64,000 nt of DNA from an uncultured Planctomycetia bacterium (GCA_964590995.1 CAZPYY010000001.1:762-64761); one strand, 5' to 3'. Counted from the first letter of the stretch, positions 1-10,496 are shown. Notes: generated by a model not told the origin, from the sequence alone. Numbers and translations: made by a program.

Positions 1-134
1 CCCCTTACTTGTAGCTCTCCTATAGCCTTATAACCGCTATCTAAACCCTTACACTCTTTCCAGAGCTCTTTTAAAGGGAGTTTAGTCTGATCAATATAGA
101 ATAACCGCTTGTTTTTAAACTTTATGGCCCGCAT
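1..134 (-). CDS. mtnA: S-methyl-5-thioribose-1-phosphate isomerase, 5' part (runs off window)
   Basis: Manual translation from ATG at 134 gives MRAIKFKNKRLFYIDQTKLPLKELWKECKGLDSGYKAIGELQVRG, matching the MtnA N-terminus (DQxxLP...AI..L.VRG). Confidence 0.8.
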   Translation of the reverse strand, partial: MRAIKFKNKRLFYIDQTKLPLKELWKECKGLDSGYKAIGELQVR

Positions 135-136
135 AT

Positions 137-892
137 TTATCCTTTCAAAATCTCAGGAAATAACTCCTTTATATTAAGTGAGACTGCTTCCTCTAACTCT
201 TCCTTACTAATCCCCTTAATCTCAGCTGCTATTTTATAAGTCTTATCAATATCTAAAGGCGTAGAGGGCTTACCTCCCGCCCGCATATAAGGAGAATCGG
301 TCTCAAGAATTAGCTTATCCAAAGGACAATTCTCTAAAGATTGGGTAATTTCCTCCCTTTTCCTTAAGATATTAAGAGAAAATGATACAAATCCTCTCCT
401 TTCAATGATCTTAGCTAAAAAATCCTGACCTGACGAGAAGCAATGAAACACTACCCGTTCATAGCTTGAGTAAAACTTATCTAAAATATCTAGAATCTTA
501 GTATCCTGCCAGCGATTATGTATCATAACCGGCAAACCCTTACTTTTAGCTAGCTCAATAAAGGCAGCTAAAATATCTTCTTGAGCTTGGGCAGAAAAGT
601 CAGCCTTATAATCTAAGCCAATCTCACCAATAGCTACTACCTTCTTATTGTGGTCAATGAGTTTCTCATAGTCTCTGACTACTGTCGGTGAGAAGCTCTT
701 CCCTGCGAAGGGATGAAATCCCAAGGCACTATATACAAAGTCATATTGGCTTGAAATCTCTAAAGAGACTTTGGAGCTATTTAAATCAACACTAGAGTCG
801 ATAAAACAGTAATTACTATTAGAAGATGAAATCACATCCTCTCTGGTAATTTTCGAGAGTGAATTAAGGTGGCAGTGTGAATCAATCAACAT
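137..892 (-). CDS. tatD: TatD family deoxyribonuclease
   Basis: DSHCHL, GFHP, AIGEIGLDY, HCFS and LETDSPY motifs; follows metG. Confidence 0.95.
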   Translation of the reverse strand: MLIDSHCHLNSLSKITREDVISSSNSNYCFIDSSVDLNSSKVSLEISSQYDFVYSALGFHPFAGKSFSPTVVRDYEKLIDHNKKVVAIGEIGLDYKADFSAQAQEDILAAFIELAKSKGLPVMIHNRWQDTKILDILDKFYSSYERVVFHCFSSGQDFLAKIIERRGFVSFSLNILRKREEITQSLENCPLDKLILETDSPYMRAGGKPSTPLDIDKTYKIAAEIKGISKEELEEAVSLNIKELFPEILKG

Positions 893-2432
893 CTATACGT
901 GGGAAAAGAGGTGATTGTTTTTTTATTGAAAAACTTAATTTTTTACTCCAGGAACTTTCTTTAAGGTAAAAAGACTCAAGTTTTACTCCTAGCTGTCGAT
1001 ATATTGACTCTGAGACCTTAGGCATAATCGGGTAAATATATAAAGCAACTATTCTGATTCCTTCACAGAGCCTGGCTAAGAAGTCTTTTATCTTATCTAT
1101 CTTCTTCTCTTTCCATAAAACCCAAGGCTTAGTATCTTCAATGTACTTATTCATCACCCGGATAAAGGCAAATATCTCTTCCAAGGCCAGAGAAAACCGG
1201 CTATTATCCATATGAGTAGTATAGTTCTTGGCTAAACTATCTAAGCTTTTGGTAAACTCTTTAGGGGCTTTAGAAGCTGAAGAGACTTTTGCTTCTAAAT
1301 ACTTCTCAGTCATATTCAGAGTCCTGAAGACTAAATTACCTAAATCATTAGCTAAGTCAGAGTTGGTTCTATTTACCAGAGCGCTCCAGGAAAAACTTCC
1401 ATCTAAACCAACCGGAACCTCCCTAAGGAGAAAATAACGAAAACCATCTACGGCTGCATCCTGATTACCACCTAAAGATGAGCTTAAGTTTGAGAGAAGC
1501 TCTAGAGGATTAACAATATTGCCCCGAGACTTAGACATCTTCTCTTCGTCCCTTCTCCACCAGCCATGGGCAAATACTATTTTTGGCGGTTCAATATCTA
1601 AAGCCTTTAACATTATCGGCCAGAATATAACATGGTGCCTTAAGATATCCTTACCAATAAAATGAATATCTGCTGGCCATAGTTTTTTAAACTTATTCTT
1701 CTTTAAGAAACAGCCAGCTGCGCTAATATAGTTAATCAGAGCATCAAACCAGACATAGACTACATAATTATCATCAAGAGGAAAATCTATTCCCCAGGAT
1801 ACCCTCTTCTTCGGCCTTGAAATACAAAGATCAGTCAAAGGATTATTATTTAAGAAGCCTAATACTTCGTTATAGCGTATCTTAGGCATAACAAAAGAAG
1901 GATTAGCTTTTAAATGATCTTTTAACCACTGCTCATACTTAGATAGCTTAAAGAAGTAATTCTCCTCTTCGATTTTCTCTACCTCCCGCTTACACTCTGG
2001 ACAGCCGCTGACTTCTTTAACCTGGCTCTCAGTCCAGAATGATTCACAAGGAACACAGTAGAAGGCCTTATACTTATCCTTATAAATATCTCCCTTCTTC
2101 TCTAAGGTAATTATAACTTTTTTTACAACCTCAATGTGATAATCATCAGTAGTACGGATAAAAGAATCATAAGAGATATTTAGCTTAGTCCATAGGTTTT
2201 TAAAACTTTCAGCCCCCTTATCAACAAAAGCCCTAACCTCACTCCTATCAGCTACAGCTGCCTGTTTTATCTTCGCACCATGTTCATCAGTGCCGGTAAG
2301 GAAGAAGACCACATCAGCCTTTGCCCGCTTATAACGAGCCATAGCATCAGCTATGATATTAGTATAGGCGTGGCCAATATGGGGGTCAGCATTTACATAA
2401 TAGAGGGGGGTAGTGAGATAAAACTTACACAT
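882..2432 (-). CDS. metG: Methionine--tRNA ligase (short form)
   Basis: YYVNADPHIGHAY (HIGH), KMSKS, YVWFDALINY motifs. Confidence 0.98.
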   Translation of the reverse strand: MCKFYLTTPLYYVNADPHIGHAYTNIIADAMARYKRAKADVVFFLTGTDEHGAKIKQAAVADRSEVRAFVDKGAESFKNLWTKLNISYDSFIRTTDDYHIEVVKKVIITLEKKGDIYKDKYKAFYCVPCESFWTESQVKEVSGCPECKREVEKIEEENYFFKLSKYEQWLKDHLKANPSFVMPKIRYNEVLGFLNNNPLTDLCISRPKKRVSWGIDFPLDDNYVVYVWFDALINYISAAGCFLKKNKFKKLWPADIHFIGKDILRHHVIFWPIMLKALDIEPPKIVFAHGWWRRDEEKMSKSRGNIVNPLELLSNLSSSLGGNQDAAVDGFRYFLLREVPVGLDGSFSWSALVNRTNSDLANDLGNLVFRTLNMTEKYLEAKVSSASKAPKEFTKSLDSLAKNYTTHMDNSRFSLALEEIFAFIRVMNKYIEDTKPWVLWKEKKIDKIKDFLARLCEGIRIVALYIYPIMPKVSESIYRQLGVKLESFYLKESSWSKKLSFSIKKQSPLFPRIDVD

Positions 2433-3219
2433 TATCTTTAAAGAAAACCTTCTCTACTCTACCGTCTTCTAACTCAACATAAGCAAGCCTTTTTAAGACA
2501 TTTACTGAGATAACCTTTCCCTTACCTTGGGCAGTCTCAAGAGTCTGCCCTTCTTTAGGCAGGCCTTTAGATAAATCCCGGTAGTTCTTATACTCATAAA
2601 AAAGACAGCACATTAACCGGCCGCAAATACCTGAGATCTTTCCCGAACTTAAAGGTAACTTCTGGGCCTTAGCCATCTTCATGCTTACTGGCTCAAAGTT
2701 CTTTAAAAATCTCATGCAGCATAATTTTTGTCCGCAGGGCCCGACTCCGCCAAAGAGACGAGCCTCATCCCGAACACCAATCTGGCGCATCTCGATACGA
2801 ATCTTAAATATCTTAGCTAATTCTTTAACTAACTCCCGAAAATCTACTCTTCCTTCAGAGGTAAAGTAAAAGACTATCTTCCTCTTATCAAATGAATACT
2901 CACTATCAACTAACTTCATAGCCAGCTTATACTCACGAACTTTACGGGCACATAGACGCATAGCATCTTTGGCTTCCTTCTCATTAGTCTTTATCTGCTT
3001 TAAGTCTTCGGGAGATAATTTACGGACTATATTCTTAATAGCTCTGTCTTTAGCATCAATCTTGGAGCAGAGGTTCACATCATTGACCTCAATAACCTCA
3101 CCATAGTCAACCCCACGGTCAGCCTCAACAAGAACATAGTCATGCACAACTATATCCTCAGTGACCTGATAGGTCATAAGTTGACCGGCTTCTCTTAATC
3201 TTACTAAAGCAACTCGCAT
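2425..3219 (-). CDS. ricT: PSP1 domain protein, YaaT/RicT family
   Basis: RVDFRELVK, RIEMRQIGVRDEA, CGQKLCC and SGICGRLMCCL motifs; holB-yaaT-metG synteny. Confidence 0.9.
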   Translation of the reverse strand: MRVALVRLREAGQLMTYQVTEDIVVHDYVLVEADRGVDYGEVIEVNDVNLCSKIDAKDRAIKNIVRKLSPEDLKQIKTNEKEAKDAMRLCARKVREYKLAMKLVDSEYSFDKRKIVFYFTSEGRVDFRELVKELAKIFKIRIEMRQIGVRDEARLFGGVGPCGQKLCCMRFLKNFEPVSMKMAKAQKLPLSSGKISGICGRLMCCLFYEYKNYRDLSKGLPKEGQTLETAQGKGKVISVNVLKRLAYVELEDGRVEKVFFKDNV

Positions 3220-3222
3220 CTT

Positions 3223-3999
3223 CTATAGTTTTAAACGAATCAAATTAAGGGCTAGGTTCATATTTATACTCTTTGCTTCCCCGTAAATCTTTAAAATATC
3301 CTTCAAAATACTATCTATTTGGCTCACGCTGTACGAGCCTAAAATTATCTCACCTTCCCCGCTCTGAAGCAACTGATTATTTCTAAGGCCTGATTTAGAG
3401 ATTAAACCATCGCGTAAGACCATAATCAAAGCCCAAAGAAAGGAAGAAAACCTCTTGCGGTCGGTAAAACGCAGACCCTGGTGCCCCCTCAAAAAACTAA
3501 AAACACTAACTTCTAAGCTCTCATCAACCCCTTCTTCCCTGGAAGGTAAGAATATCCTGCGACAACGTGAGATTATTGTTGGCAGCAGGCCATCTAACTT
3601 AGAGGCTGAGATTGCTATAAAAGAATTCTTAGGCGGTTCCTCAAGAGTTTTAAGAAAAGCATTAGCTGCAGCCGGAGTTAGGGCTTGAGCATCCTTTATG
3701 ATCATGATCTTCCTTCTTAATCGGAAGCTCTTTAAGGAGAAGAAGCGCATCCCTTCTCTCACTTGTTCAATCTTTATTGAAAAACCATCAGGTTCAATGG
3801 TAAAAAGATCAGGATGATTGCCTTCTTCAATTCTCTTGCAATCCCAGCAGCTACCACAAAAATCTAATTCCTCGCTGCAGCTGATTAACTTAGCAACATC
3901 GACAATTACCTTATCATCCTCACCAACAAAAAGGTAAGATGTGCCGAGAAGCTCTCTTCTCTTTAAAATTTGAAAGTAATTTAAAATATCTTCTCTCAA
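3223..3999 (-). CDS. holB: DNA polymerase III subunit delta' (short)
   Basis: CGSCWDC zinc site, HPD, AANAFLKTLEEPP, LLPTIISRC; follows tmk. Confidence 0.9.
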   Translation of the reverse strand: MREDILNYFQILKRRELLGTSYLFVGEDDKVIVDVAKLISCSEELDFCGSCWDCKRIEEGNHPDLFTIEPDGFSIKIEQVREGMRFFSLKSFRLRRKIMIIKDAQALTPAAANAFLKTLEEPPKNSFIAISASKLDGLLPTIISRCRRIFLPSREEGVDESLEVSVFSFLRGHQGLRFTDRKRFSSFLWALIMVLRDGLISKSGLRNNQLLQSGEGEIILGSYSVSQIDSILKDILKIYGEAKSINMNLALNLIRLKL

Positions 4000-4607
4000 A
4001 ACACTCTCTTTAATTGTCTCTCGATGCGTTCATAGATTTGAGGCAGGCTGTCACAGGCATCAACTATTTTTACCCGGCGGGGATACTTTTTTGCCAATTG
4101 TAAGTACCCCCTGCGCAAGCGGTTATGAAAGCTCAGCGCTCTCGACTCAATACGGTCTTTACTCTTTAGCCTAGCTAAGCCCAATTTTGGCGGTGTATTA
4201 AGGACTAAAGTCAGGTTAGGAACTACACCTAATGAAAACATCTCAACTGAACTTTCAACAATCTTACCTAACCCTAAGGCAAAACCTTGATAGACAAGAG
4301 TTGAATCAAAGAAACGGTCACAAATAATAAAGTCGTATTTTTTAAGGTCTTCTCTTAACTTTTCTTCAATAAGTTGAGTCCGGGCAGCAAGATAAAGGAG
4401 TAACTCAGTATGAGCAGATAACTTTTTATTCTTCTTGTCGAGAAGGATCTTTCTTATCTTCTCACCGACCCTGGTTGAACCCGGCTCGCGGTATACCTTA
4501 AAAGAAGCTTTTCTCTTTCGCAAGAGCTTCTCAATAAACCTAATAACACTACTCTTACCACTACCCTCTAACCCTTCAATAGTGATAAAAAAACCCTTTT
4601 TCTTCAC
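3996..4607 (-). CDS. tmk: Thymidylate kinase
   Basis: FITIEGLEGSGKS, REPG, CDRFFDS motifs. Confidence 0.97.
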   Translation of the reverse strand: MKKKGFFITIEGLEGSGKSSVIRFIEKLLRKRKASFKVYREPGSTRVGEKIRKILLDKKNKKLSAHTELLLYLAARTQLIEEKLREDLKKYDFIICDRFFDSTLVYQGFALGLGKIVESSVEMFSLGVVPNLTLVLNTPPKLGLARLKSKDRIESRALSFHNRLRRGYLQLAKKYPRRVKIVDACDSLPQIYERIERQLKRVF

Positions 4608-5998
4608 AGCTTCACCCTGTAAGTAGTTCCAGTATTAGTATCCTCTAAGATTATGCCCCGTTCTTCTAGTTTCTTTCTTATGTCATCAGCTTCTTGATAT
4701 TTTTTCTGCTGCTTATAGTTAGAACGCATCTTTATTAACTTCTCGATATCTTTTGCTGGCATCTCAGTAACCTCTACAGGTTTAAAGCTAATACCAAAAA
4801 TATCTAAAATCTCTTCAACTAATCCGCCAATACCGGCTAATTTAGCTTTCAAATCAGCTTCGGTATCTAGAATCTTATTACTAGCACTAATTATATCGAA
4901 TAAGACTGCCAGGCCCTTAGGCATATTAAAATCATCATCCATAGCCTCAATAAACTTATCCCTAAATCGCTTTAATAGCCTTTCAGTCTCCTTAGTTGCT
5001 TTAGCCTTCTTCATTGAGCCTATTCGATTCATAAATATCTGAATTCTCTCATAAGCCTTTTTTGCCTCTTTCATTTTCTGATCGGAGAAATCTACTGAGC
5101 TAGAGTAGTGAGCTTGAAGATAAAATATCTTTAAGATATCCGCTGAGTATTTACTTACTGCATCTTGAATTGTAACAAAGTTCCCTAAAGACTTAGCCAT
5201 CTTCTGGCTATTAATAGTTAAAAGGCCATGGTGTATCCAGTAATTAGCAAAAACTCTTTCAGTTAAGGCCTCAGCCTGGGCGCACTCATTCTCATGGTGA
5301 GGAAAGATTAAATCCCTTCCTCCGCCATGGATATCTAAGGTATCAGTCTTTAAATACTTCCGGCTCATGACTGAGCACTCGATATGCCAACCGGGCCTGC
5401 CCTTTCCCCAAGGACTCTCCCAAGAAGGTTCTCCTTCCTTAGCCGTCTTCCAGAGAGCAAAGTCTAAAGGATCTTCTTTAGCCTCACCCTTTGATATTCT
5501 TACACCCTCTTTCATCTTATCAATACTCTGCCCGGAGAGCTTACCGTAATCTTTAAGCTTTCTTACGCTAAAGTAAACTCCGCTCTCAGTAACATAAGCA
5601 TACTCTCTATCAATTAACTTCTCGATATACTTAATCATATCTCCTACATTCTCAGTAGCCCGGGGTTCTTTATCGGCTTTACTAATACCTAGAGCTTTTA
5701 AATCCTGATAGTAGCTATCGATATACTTATTAACTAACTCCTTCCAATCAACTCCTAACTCCTTAGCCCGATTTATAATCTTATCATCAATATCAGTGAT
5801 ATTTCTTATAAACTGGACCTTATAACCCCGATACTTTAAGTATCTTCTGATGACCTCAAAGACATAGAGGCTTCTGGCGTGGCCAATATGACAATCATCA
5901 TAGACAGTAATTCCACAAACATACATCTTTACCAGAGATTTTTCCTGAGGGGTAAAGAGGTCTTTGGTCTTGGTTAAGGAGTTATGAATCTTTAACAT
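4604..5998 (-). CDS. cysS: Cysteine--tRNA ligase
   Basis: YVCGITVYD, HIGHAR, GRPGWHIECS, KMAKSLGN motifs. Confidence 0.98.
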   Translation of the reverse strand: MLKIHNSLTKTKDLFTPQEKSLVKMYVCGITVYDDCHIGHARSLYVFEVIRRYLKYRGYKVQFIRNITDIDDKIINRAKELGVDWKELVNKYIDSYYQDLKALGISKADKEPRATENVGDMIKYIEKLIDREYAYVTESGVYFSVRKLKDYGKLSGQSIDKMKEGVRISKGEAKEDPLDFALWKTAKEGEPSWESPWGKGRPGWHIECSVMSRKYLKTDTLDIHGGGRDLIFPHHENECAQAEALTERVFANYWIHHGLLTINSQKMAKSLGNFVTIQDAVSKYSADILKIFYLQAHYSSSVDFSDQKMKEAKKAYERIQIFMNRIGSMKKAKATKETERLLKRFRDKFIEAMDDDFNMPKGLAVLFDIISASNKILDTEADLKAKLAGIGGLVEEILDIFGISFKPVEVTEMPAKDIEKLIKMRSNYKQQKKYQEADDIRKKLEERGIILEDTNTGTTYRVKL

Positions 5999-5999
5999 C

Positions 6000-6488
6000 C
6001 TATTTCTTCTTACGCTTCCTTAAGGAAACAAAAGCAAAACAACTAATACTATTCTTGTTACCGAGGATATTTAAACCCTCTTTAGACTTAAGTTTTACAT
6101 TTATCTTAGTAGTTGAGAGGAGTTTCTTCAAAGACTTAGCAATCTTCTCCTTAAAGGAGAAGAGCCGCGGCTTATCAGTAACAATAACAATATCTAAATT
6201 ACCAATAGTAAAGCTCTTCTTTACCTTCTTTATGGTAAAGTTTAAGATTTCCTTGCTGTCGATTCCTTTTGACCTCTTAACTTGCGGTGGAAAGTAATCG
6301 CCAATATCTCCTAAGCCAGCTGCCCCGCATAGAGCATCACTTACAGCATGCAGTACTACATCACCGTCAGAGACAGCGATTAAGCTGAAAGAAGAAGGAA
6401 TCTTAGCCCCACCTAGGATTAAATCCTTCTTCCTCTTGCTAAGCCGATGAACATCAAAACCTAAACCTACCTTATAGTCTTTCATCAC
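6000..6488 (-). CDS. ispF: 2-C-methyl-D-erythritol 2,4-cyclodiphosphate synthase
   Basis: GLGFDVH, SDGDVVLHA, GDIG.YFP motifs; adjacent to ispD. Confidence 0.93.
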   Translation of the reverse strand: MMKDYKVGLGFDVHRLSKRKKDLILGGAKIPSSFSLIAVSDGDVVLHAVSDALCGAAGLGDIGDYFPPQVKRSKGIDSKEILNFTIKKVKKSFTIGNLDIVIVTDKPRLFSFKEKIAKSLKKLLSTTKINVKLKSKEGLNILGNKNSISCFAFVSLRKRKKK

Positions 6489-7155
6489 TAATTATTTTAG
6501 CTAGCGCAAAATCTCTTGAATAAGTTATCTTAAAATTAAAGATATCCCCATAAATTACCTTTACTCTCTTACCCATAGCCTCTAGCATTTGGGCATCGTC
6601 CGTAGGCCCTGCCTTTGGCGGGGTAAACCTTCTCTTCTTGAACTTCTTGTAAGCTTGAAGAATTACCTTCCTTCTAAAACCTTGCGGGGTTTGGATAAGA
6701 TAAACATCTTCTCTGTTTAAAGTCTTCTTTACAAGGCCCTTCTTTACTAATTTAAGAGTATCCGGACACCTTAAGCCGCAAATTACTGCCGGATATTTTT
6801 TTAATTCCTTTAATATATCAAGGATTGTCTTCTTAGTTATAAAAGGCCTGGCAGCATCATGAATAAGAACATACTCTATATCCTTACTCAAAGCTGATAG
6901 ACCTTTAAATACTGAATCAGCTCTTTTGACTCCGCCTTCTACTAAGGTAATGAATTTAGCCTTAATATGCTCCTTAGATAAAGCAAAGTTAGATTTTCGT
7001 AAAACCAGCACAATTTCTTTTATTCCTTTTATACTCTTAAAAGTATTAAGAGATTTGCAGAAAAGAGGCTTCCCACCTAGCTTAAGAATAGCTTTATCTC
7101 CCTTAGCCAGCCTCTTACCCTTACCAGCTGAAACTATAACTACACCTGCTTTCAT
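6472..7155 (-). CDS. ispD: 2-C-methyl-D-erythritol 4-phosphate cytidylyltransferase
   Basis: AGKGKR, GG.RADSV, LIHDAARP, QTPQGF, TDD, NFKIT motifs. Confidence 0.96.
   Translation of the reverse strand: MKAGVVIVSAGKGKRLAKGDKAILKLGGKPLFCKSLNTFKSIKGIKEIVLVLRKSNFALSKEHIKAKFITLVEGGVKRADSVFKGLSALSKDIEYVLIHDAARPFITKKTILDILKELKKYPAVICGLRCPDTLKLVKKGLVKKTLNREDVYLIQTPQGFRRKVILQAYKKFKKRRFTPPKAGPTDDAQMLEAMGKRVKVIYGDIFNFKITYSRDFALAKIISDERL
6607..6623. repeat. REP-like hairpin inside ispD (CCCTGCC-TTT-GGCGGGG)
   Basis: GC-rich imperfect palindrome in an AT-rich gene. It encodes PPKAG immediately before the conserved TDD. Confidence 0.5.
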
Positions 7156-7167
7156 TTAATCACCAAT

Positions 7168-7229
7168 ATGTGTAAAGTGTAATGAAATTCTTTAGATTAC
7201 ACATTAAAGATTAAACGTTACACATTCTA
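7168..7229. repeat. Intergenic inverted heptamer array
   Basis: TGTGTAA/AGTGTAA facing GATTACA CATTAAA GATTAAA CGTTACA. Confidence 0.5.
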
Positions 7230-8213
7230 TCCAGCTAGCTTTGTAAATACAATTCTGCCACTGGAACTCTGTAGCACTGAGGTAACTTCAACGTTAACGG
7301 TCTTACCTACCAAGCGCCGGGAATTCTCTACTACTACCATAGTACCGTCTTCTAAGTAACCTACGGCTTGGTTATGCTCTTTACCCTCTTTAATCAGCTT
7401 CAAAGAGAATCTCTGTCCGGCAATAAAGGTCGGCTTTAGAGCATTAGCAAGGTCATTAATATTTAAAACCTTTACCCCTTGAAGCTGGGCAATACGATTT
7501 AAATTATAATCCGTGGTCAAAACCTCAGCATCTGTAGTTTGAGCTAATTTTATAATCTTCTCATCAACACTCTTTACGCTATCAACATTCTGATCAGATA
7601 CTTCTACCTCGATTTTAGGCTCCTTCTTTAAAGAGTGAAGAATTTCAATTCCTCTCTTTCCCTTTTGACGCTTCATATGGTCAGTTGAGTCTGCTAAGGC
7701 GTGAAGCTCATTAAGAACAAACCTAGGAATAACAAATCTTGCCTCAATAAAGCCAGTTCTAACAATATCTAGAATTCTTCCATCAATAATACTGCTAGTA
7801 TCAACAACAATAGCTTCTTCTCTCTGGCTTTGGCGTTTAAATTTAACATAGGGAATTACCAAGCTAAATTCATCTTTACCTTTAACACCTAAAGTCATCC
7901 CAAGATATACAAATATAAAGGTAACAATTAGCTTAATATTCTGAATTATCTCAGCCGAAAAATCCTCAGGAAAGTGGAATTGATCCAAGGTCGCACTAAA
8001 TACCCAAGCAATTATAAGACCAAGGATTATCCCAAATACTGCACTGGAAAGTCCTTTTAAAGATGCCCGGCGGGTAAAAGTCTCAAAAGTAACGATAATT
8101 ACACCACCGATAAACCCTAAACCAGCATAGATAAGGGAATTTACTCCGCCTAAAGAATAACCTATCCCGGTAAAGATAAGGACAAAAAATATTCTTAAAA
8201 AAAATAAACCCAT
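7227..8213 (-). CDS. PIN/TRAM domain membrane protein (YacL family)
   Basis: N-terminal TM helices, VDTSSIIDGRI PIN motif, GYLEDGTMVVVE TRAM motif; radA-yacL-ispD synteny. Confidence 0.93.
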   Translation of the reverse strand: MGLFFLRIFFVLIFTGIGYSLGGVNSLIYAGLGFIGGVIIVTFETFTRRASLKGLSSAVFGIILGLIIAWVFSATLDQFHFPEDFSAEIIQNIKLIVTFIFVYLGMTLGVKGKDEFSLVIPYVKFKRQSQREEAIVVDTSSIIDGRILDIVRTGFIEARFVIPRFVLNELHALADSTDHMKRQKGKRGIEILHSLKKEPKIEVEVSDQNVDSVKSVDEKIIKLAQTTDAEVLTTDYNLNRIAQLQGVKVLNINDLANALKPTFIAGQRFSLKLIKEGKEHNQAVGYLEDGTMVVVENSRRLVGKTVNVEVTSVLQSSSGRIVFTKLAG

Positions 8214-8318
8214 TGTAGAAACCTCCTTTAAAAAAATAATTAATAAATGATAATTGAAAAATAAGAATTCTTTTAACCTTAGTTATCAGTTATAACTTAT
8301 CGGTTACCTGCATCTTAT

Positions 8319-9656
8319 TTACTTAAACACATCCTTGACCACATCACCTAAAGCCGAAAACCCGCGGATCTTGAGGTTAAACTTCTTATCCACCTCCTTT
8401 AGATTTACCTCAGGGATTATGCAGTGTTTAAAATTAGCTCTCTCTACCTCCTTTAACCTTAAATTTATATTATTAACTCTTCTTAACTCTCCAGCTAAGC
8501 CGACTTCTCCGATAAAAACACTACTTGTAGGTATGTTTTTCTCCTTAAAACTGGAAATAATAGCCATAATCGCCCCTAAATCTGCTGCCGGATCACTTAT
8601 CTTTAAGCCACCAGCAACATTTAAGAAGACATCTTCGCTGGACAGAGAGAGTCTTACCCTCTTCTCAATTATAGCTACTAAAAGAGAGAAACGATTAAAA
8701 TCAAAACCCAGGCTTCTTCTGCGGGCTACTCCAAAGTTAGCTTTACTTACCAGAGATTGAAGCTCAATAAGCAAGGGCCGCAGCCCCTCAATAACACAGA
8801 TTACACAACTGCCCGAGAAAGACTGTTCGCGATGGGGAAGAAAGATATCATTTATCTTCTTAACTTCTTCCAGGCCGGTAGACTTCATCTCAAATACAGC
8901 GATATCACCGGTAGAACCAAACCTATTCTTTATTGACCGCAAAATTCGGTAGTTAGAGAGAAGCTCTCCTTCAAAATATAGGACACAATCTACAATATGC
9001 TCTAATAATTTTGGCCCGGCAATTGACCCCTCTTTAGTAACATGGCCGACCACAAAGATAACCACCCCTAAGGATTTGGCAATCTGGGTAAGGTAATCAG
9101 CACAACCCCTAACCTGGGAAATGCTGCCCTTGCTTCCTTCGCAAGCCAGAGTGTGGACTACCTGAATAGAATCTATTACTACGAATTTAAACTTCTCTTT
9201 TTTGATATACTCAAAGATATCTTCGACTCTATCTTCACTAACTATATAAATATTCTCTAATTGGCTCTTGCCTAGCCTTTTGGCCCGAAGCCCTATCTGC
9301 TGCGGAGACTCTTCGGCACTAGCATAAAGGGTTTTACCTTTTGAAGAGAGAGAAGAGCTAACCTCTAAAAGTAAGGTAGACTTACCTACTCCCGGAGCTC
9401 CACCAACAAGAATTATCTCTCCTTCAACTAAGCCGCCACCTAAGATTCGGTCAAACTCATCTAAACCGGTAGGTACTCTCCTGAAATCTTCTCCCCCGAT
9501 ATCCCCAAGAAGCTTAGGCGGGTTCTTCTCCTTTAATCGCTTCTTAGCGCCTTTTCGTTCTTCTACCTCTTTGGCAAAGGTCTCCCAACCTCCGCAGAGA
9601 GGGCACTTACCCAACCACTTAACTGACTTATAACCACATTCTGAACAACTAAACAT
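8319..9656 (-). CDS. radA: DNA repair protein RadA/Sms
   Basis: C4 zinc finger, GAPGVGKSTL, KNRFG, Lon-like C-terminus (GEVGLAGE). Confidence 0.97.
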   Translation of the reverse strand: MFSCSECGYKSVKWLGKCPLCGGWETFAKEVEERKGAKKRLKEKNPPKLLGDIGGEDFRRVPTGLDEFDRILGGGLVEGEIILVGGAPGVGKSTLLLEVSSSLSSKGKTLYASAEESPQQIGLRAKRLGKSQLENIYIVSEDRVEDIFEYIKKEKFKFVVIDSIQVVHTLACEGSKGSISQVRGCADYLTQIAKSLGVVIFVVGHVTKEGSIAGPKLLEHIVDCVLYFEGELLSNYRILRSIKNRFGSTGDIAVFEMKSTGLEEVKKINDIFLPHREQSFSGSCVICVIEGLRPLLIELQSLVSKANFGVARRRSLGFDFNRFSLLVAIIEKRVRLSLSSEDVFLNVAGGLKISDPAADLGAIMAIISSFKEKNIPTSSVFIGEVGLAGELRRVNNINLRLKEVERANFKHCIIPEVNLKEVDKKFNLKIRGFSALGDVVKDVFK

Positions 9657-9679
9657 TGTTTAAGCTAAATACTTTGACT

Positions 9680-9765
9680 AACTGGTAAATGGGCGAATGA
9701 GTTTATGGGTATATGAGATTTTATTTTCCCCTTTTGCTCATTCACTCTTATACCCATTTACTAAT
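9680..9765. repeat. Intergenic inverted octamer array
   Basis: GGTAAATG GGCGAATG AGTTTATG GGTATATG facing CATTCACT CTTATACC CATTTACT. Confidence 0.65.
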
Positions 9766-9772
9766 TGCGGGT

Positions 9773-10483
9773 TTAGGGTTTCCTTTTCTTTTTTGGCTTA
9801 TGCAATAGCTTCCAAGGATGTTCTTTTAAATCTGTAAGGAACTCCTCGGTCGTCTGATATAAAGAATCATCGTAAAGCAGGCGGCCGATTGTCCCCTGCT
9901 TACTCTTCATATCCTTGACTAACCCTTTTATATCTAAACTTATATCTTCTACGTTAGACAATATATTCTCTAGAGAAATTTTAATCTCACCTTCCTTCAC
10001 AAATTCGTCTATCTCCTTCATTGTTTTAGTAAAAGCAGTAAAGACCTGGAAGAGTGGCACTGGTGAAGTCCCCTCGATAATATCCCCTTCGTTTATATAA
10101 GCTGTTACTTCACCAGGAGGAGTAATCTCTAAATACTTTTCACCGAATAAACTTAAACTATTAACAAAATAATAGGAGCCCTTGGGGATTTTTATCCCCT
10201 TTTCTACCTTAGCATAGACATAAACCTTAGACTTAGCTTCCTCCCCTTTAATTACAACCTTTTTTACCTCTCCTACATCTACACCGCAGAAGCGGACCGG
10301 CGAAGATATACGCAGGCCTTCGGCAAAATCAAATTTAACAGTTATAACATAACTACCCTTAAAAACATTCACCTCCCGCATCGAAAGAAGGGTAATAAAA
10401 AATAGCCCGAAGGCAATCAAGAAAAAACTACCTAATTTTATATAAGCAAAACTTTTCTTCCTGTCCCATAGATTTATTGCCAT
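9773..10483 (-). CDS. mlaD: MCE/MlaD family protein
   Basis: Single N-terminal TM helix, GL...SPV...GVDVGEV, SLFGEKYLEI, GTIGRLL.D motifs. Confidence 0.9.
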   Translation of the reverse strand: MAINLWDRKKSFAYIKLGSFFLIAFGLFFITLLSMREVNVFKGSYVITVKFDFAEGLRISSPVRFCGVDVGEVKKVVIKGEEAKSKVYVYAKVEKGIKIPKGSYYFVNSLSLFGEKYLEITPPGEVTAYINEGDIIEGTSPVPLFQVFTAFTKTMKEIDEFVKEGEIKISLENILSNVEDISLDIKGLVKDMKSKQGTIGRLLYDDSLYQTTEEFLTDLKEHPWKLLHKPKKKRKP

Positions 10484-10496
10484 TCATACCCCCTCT

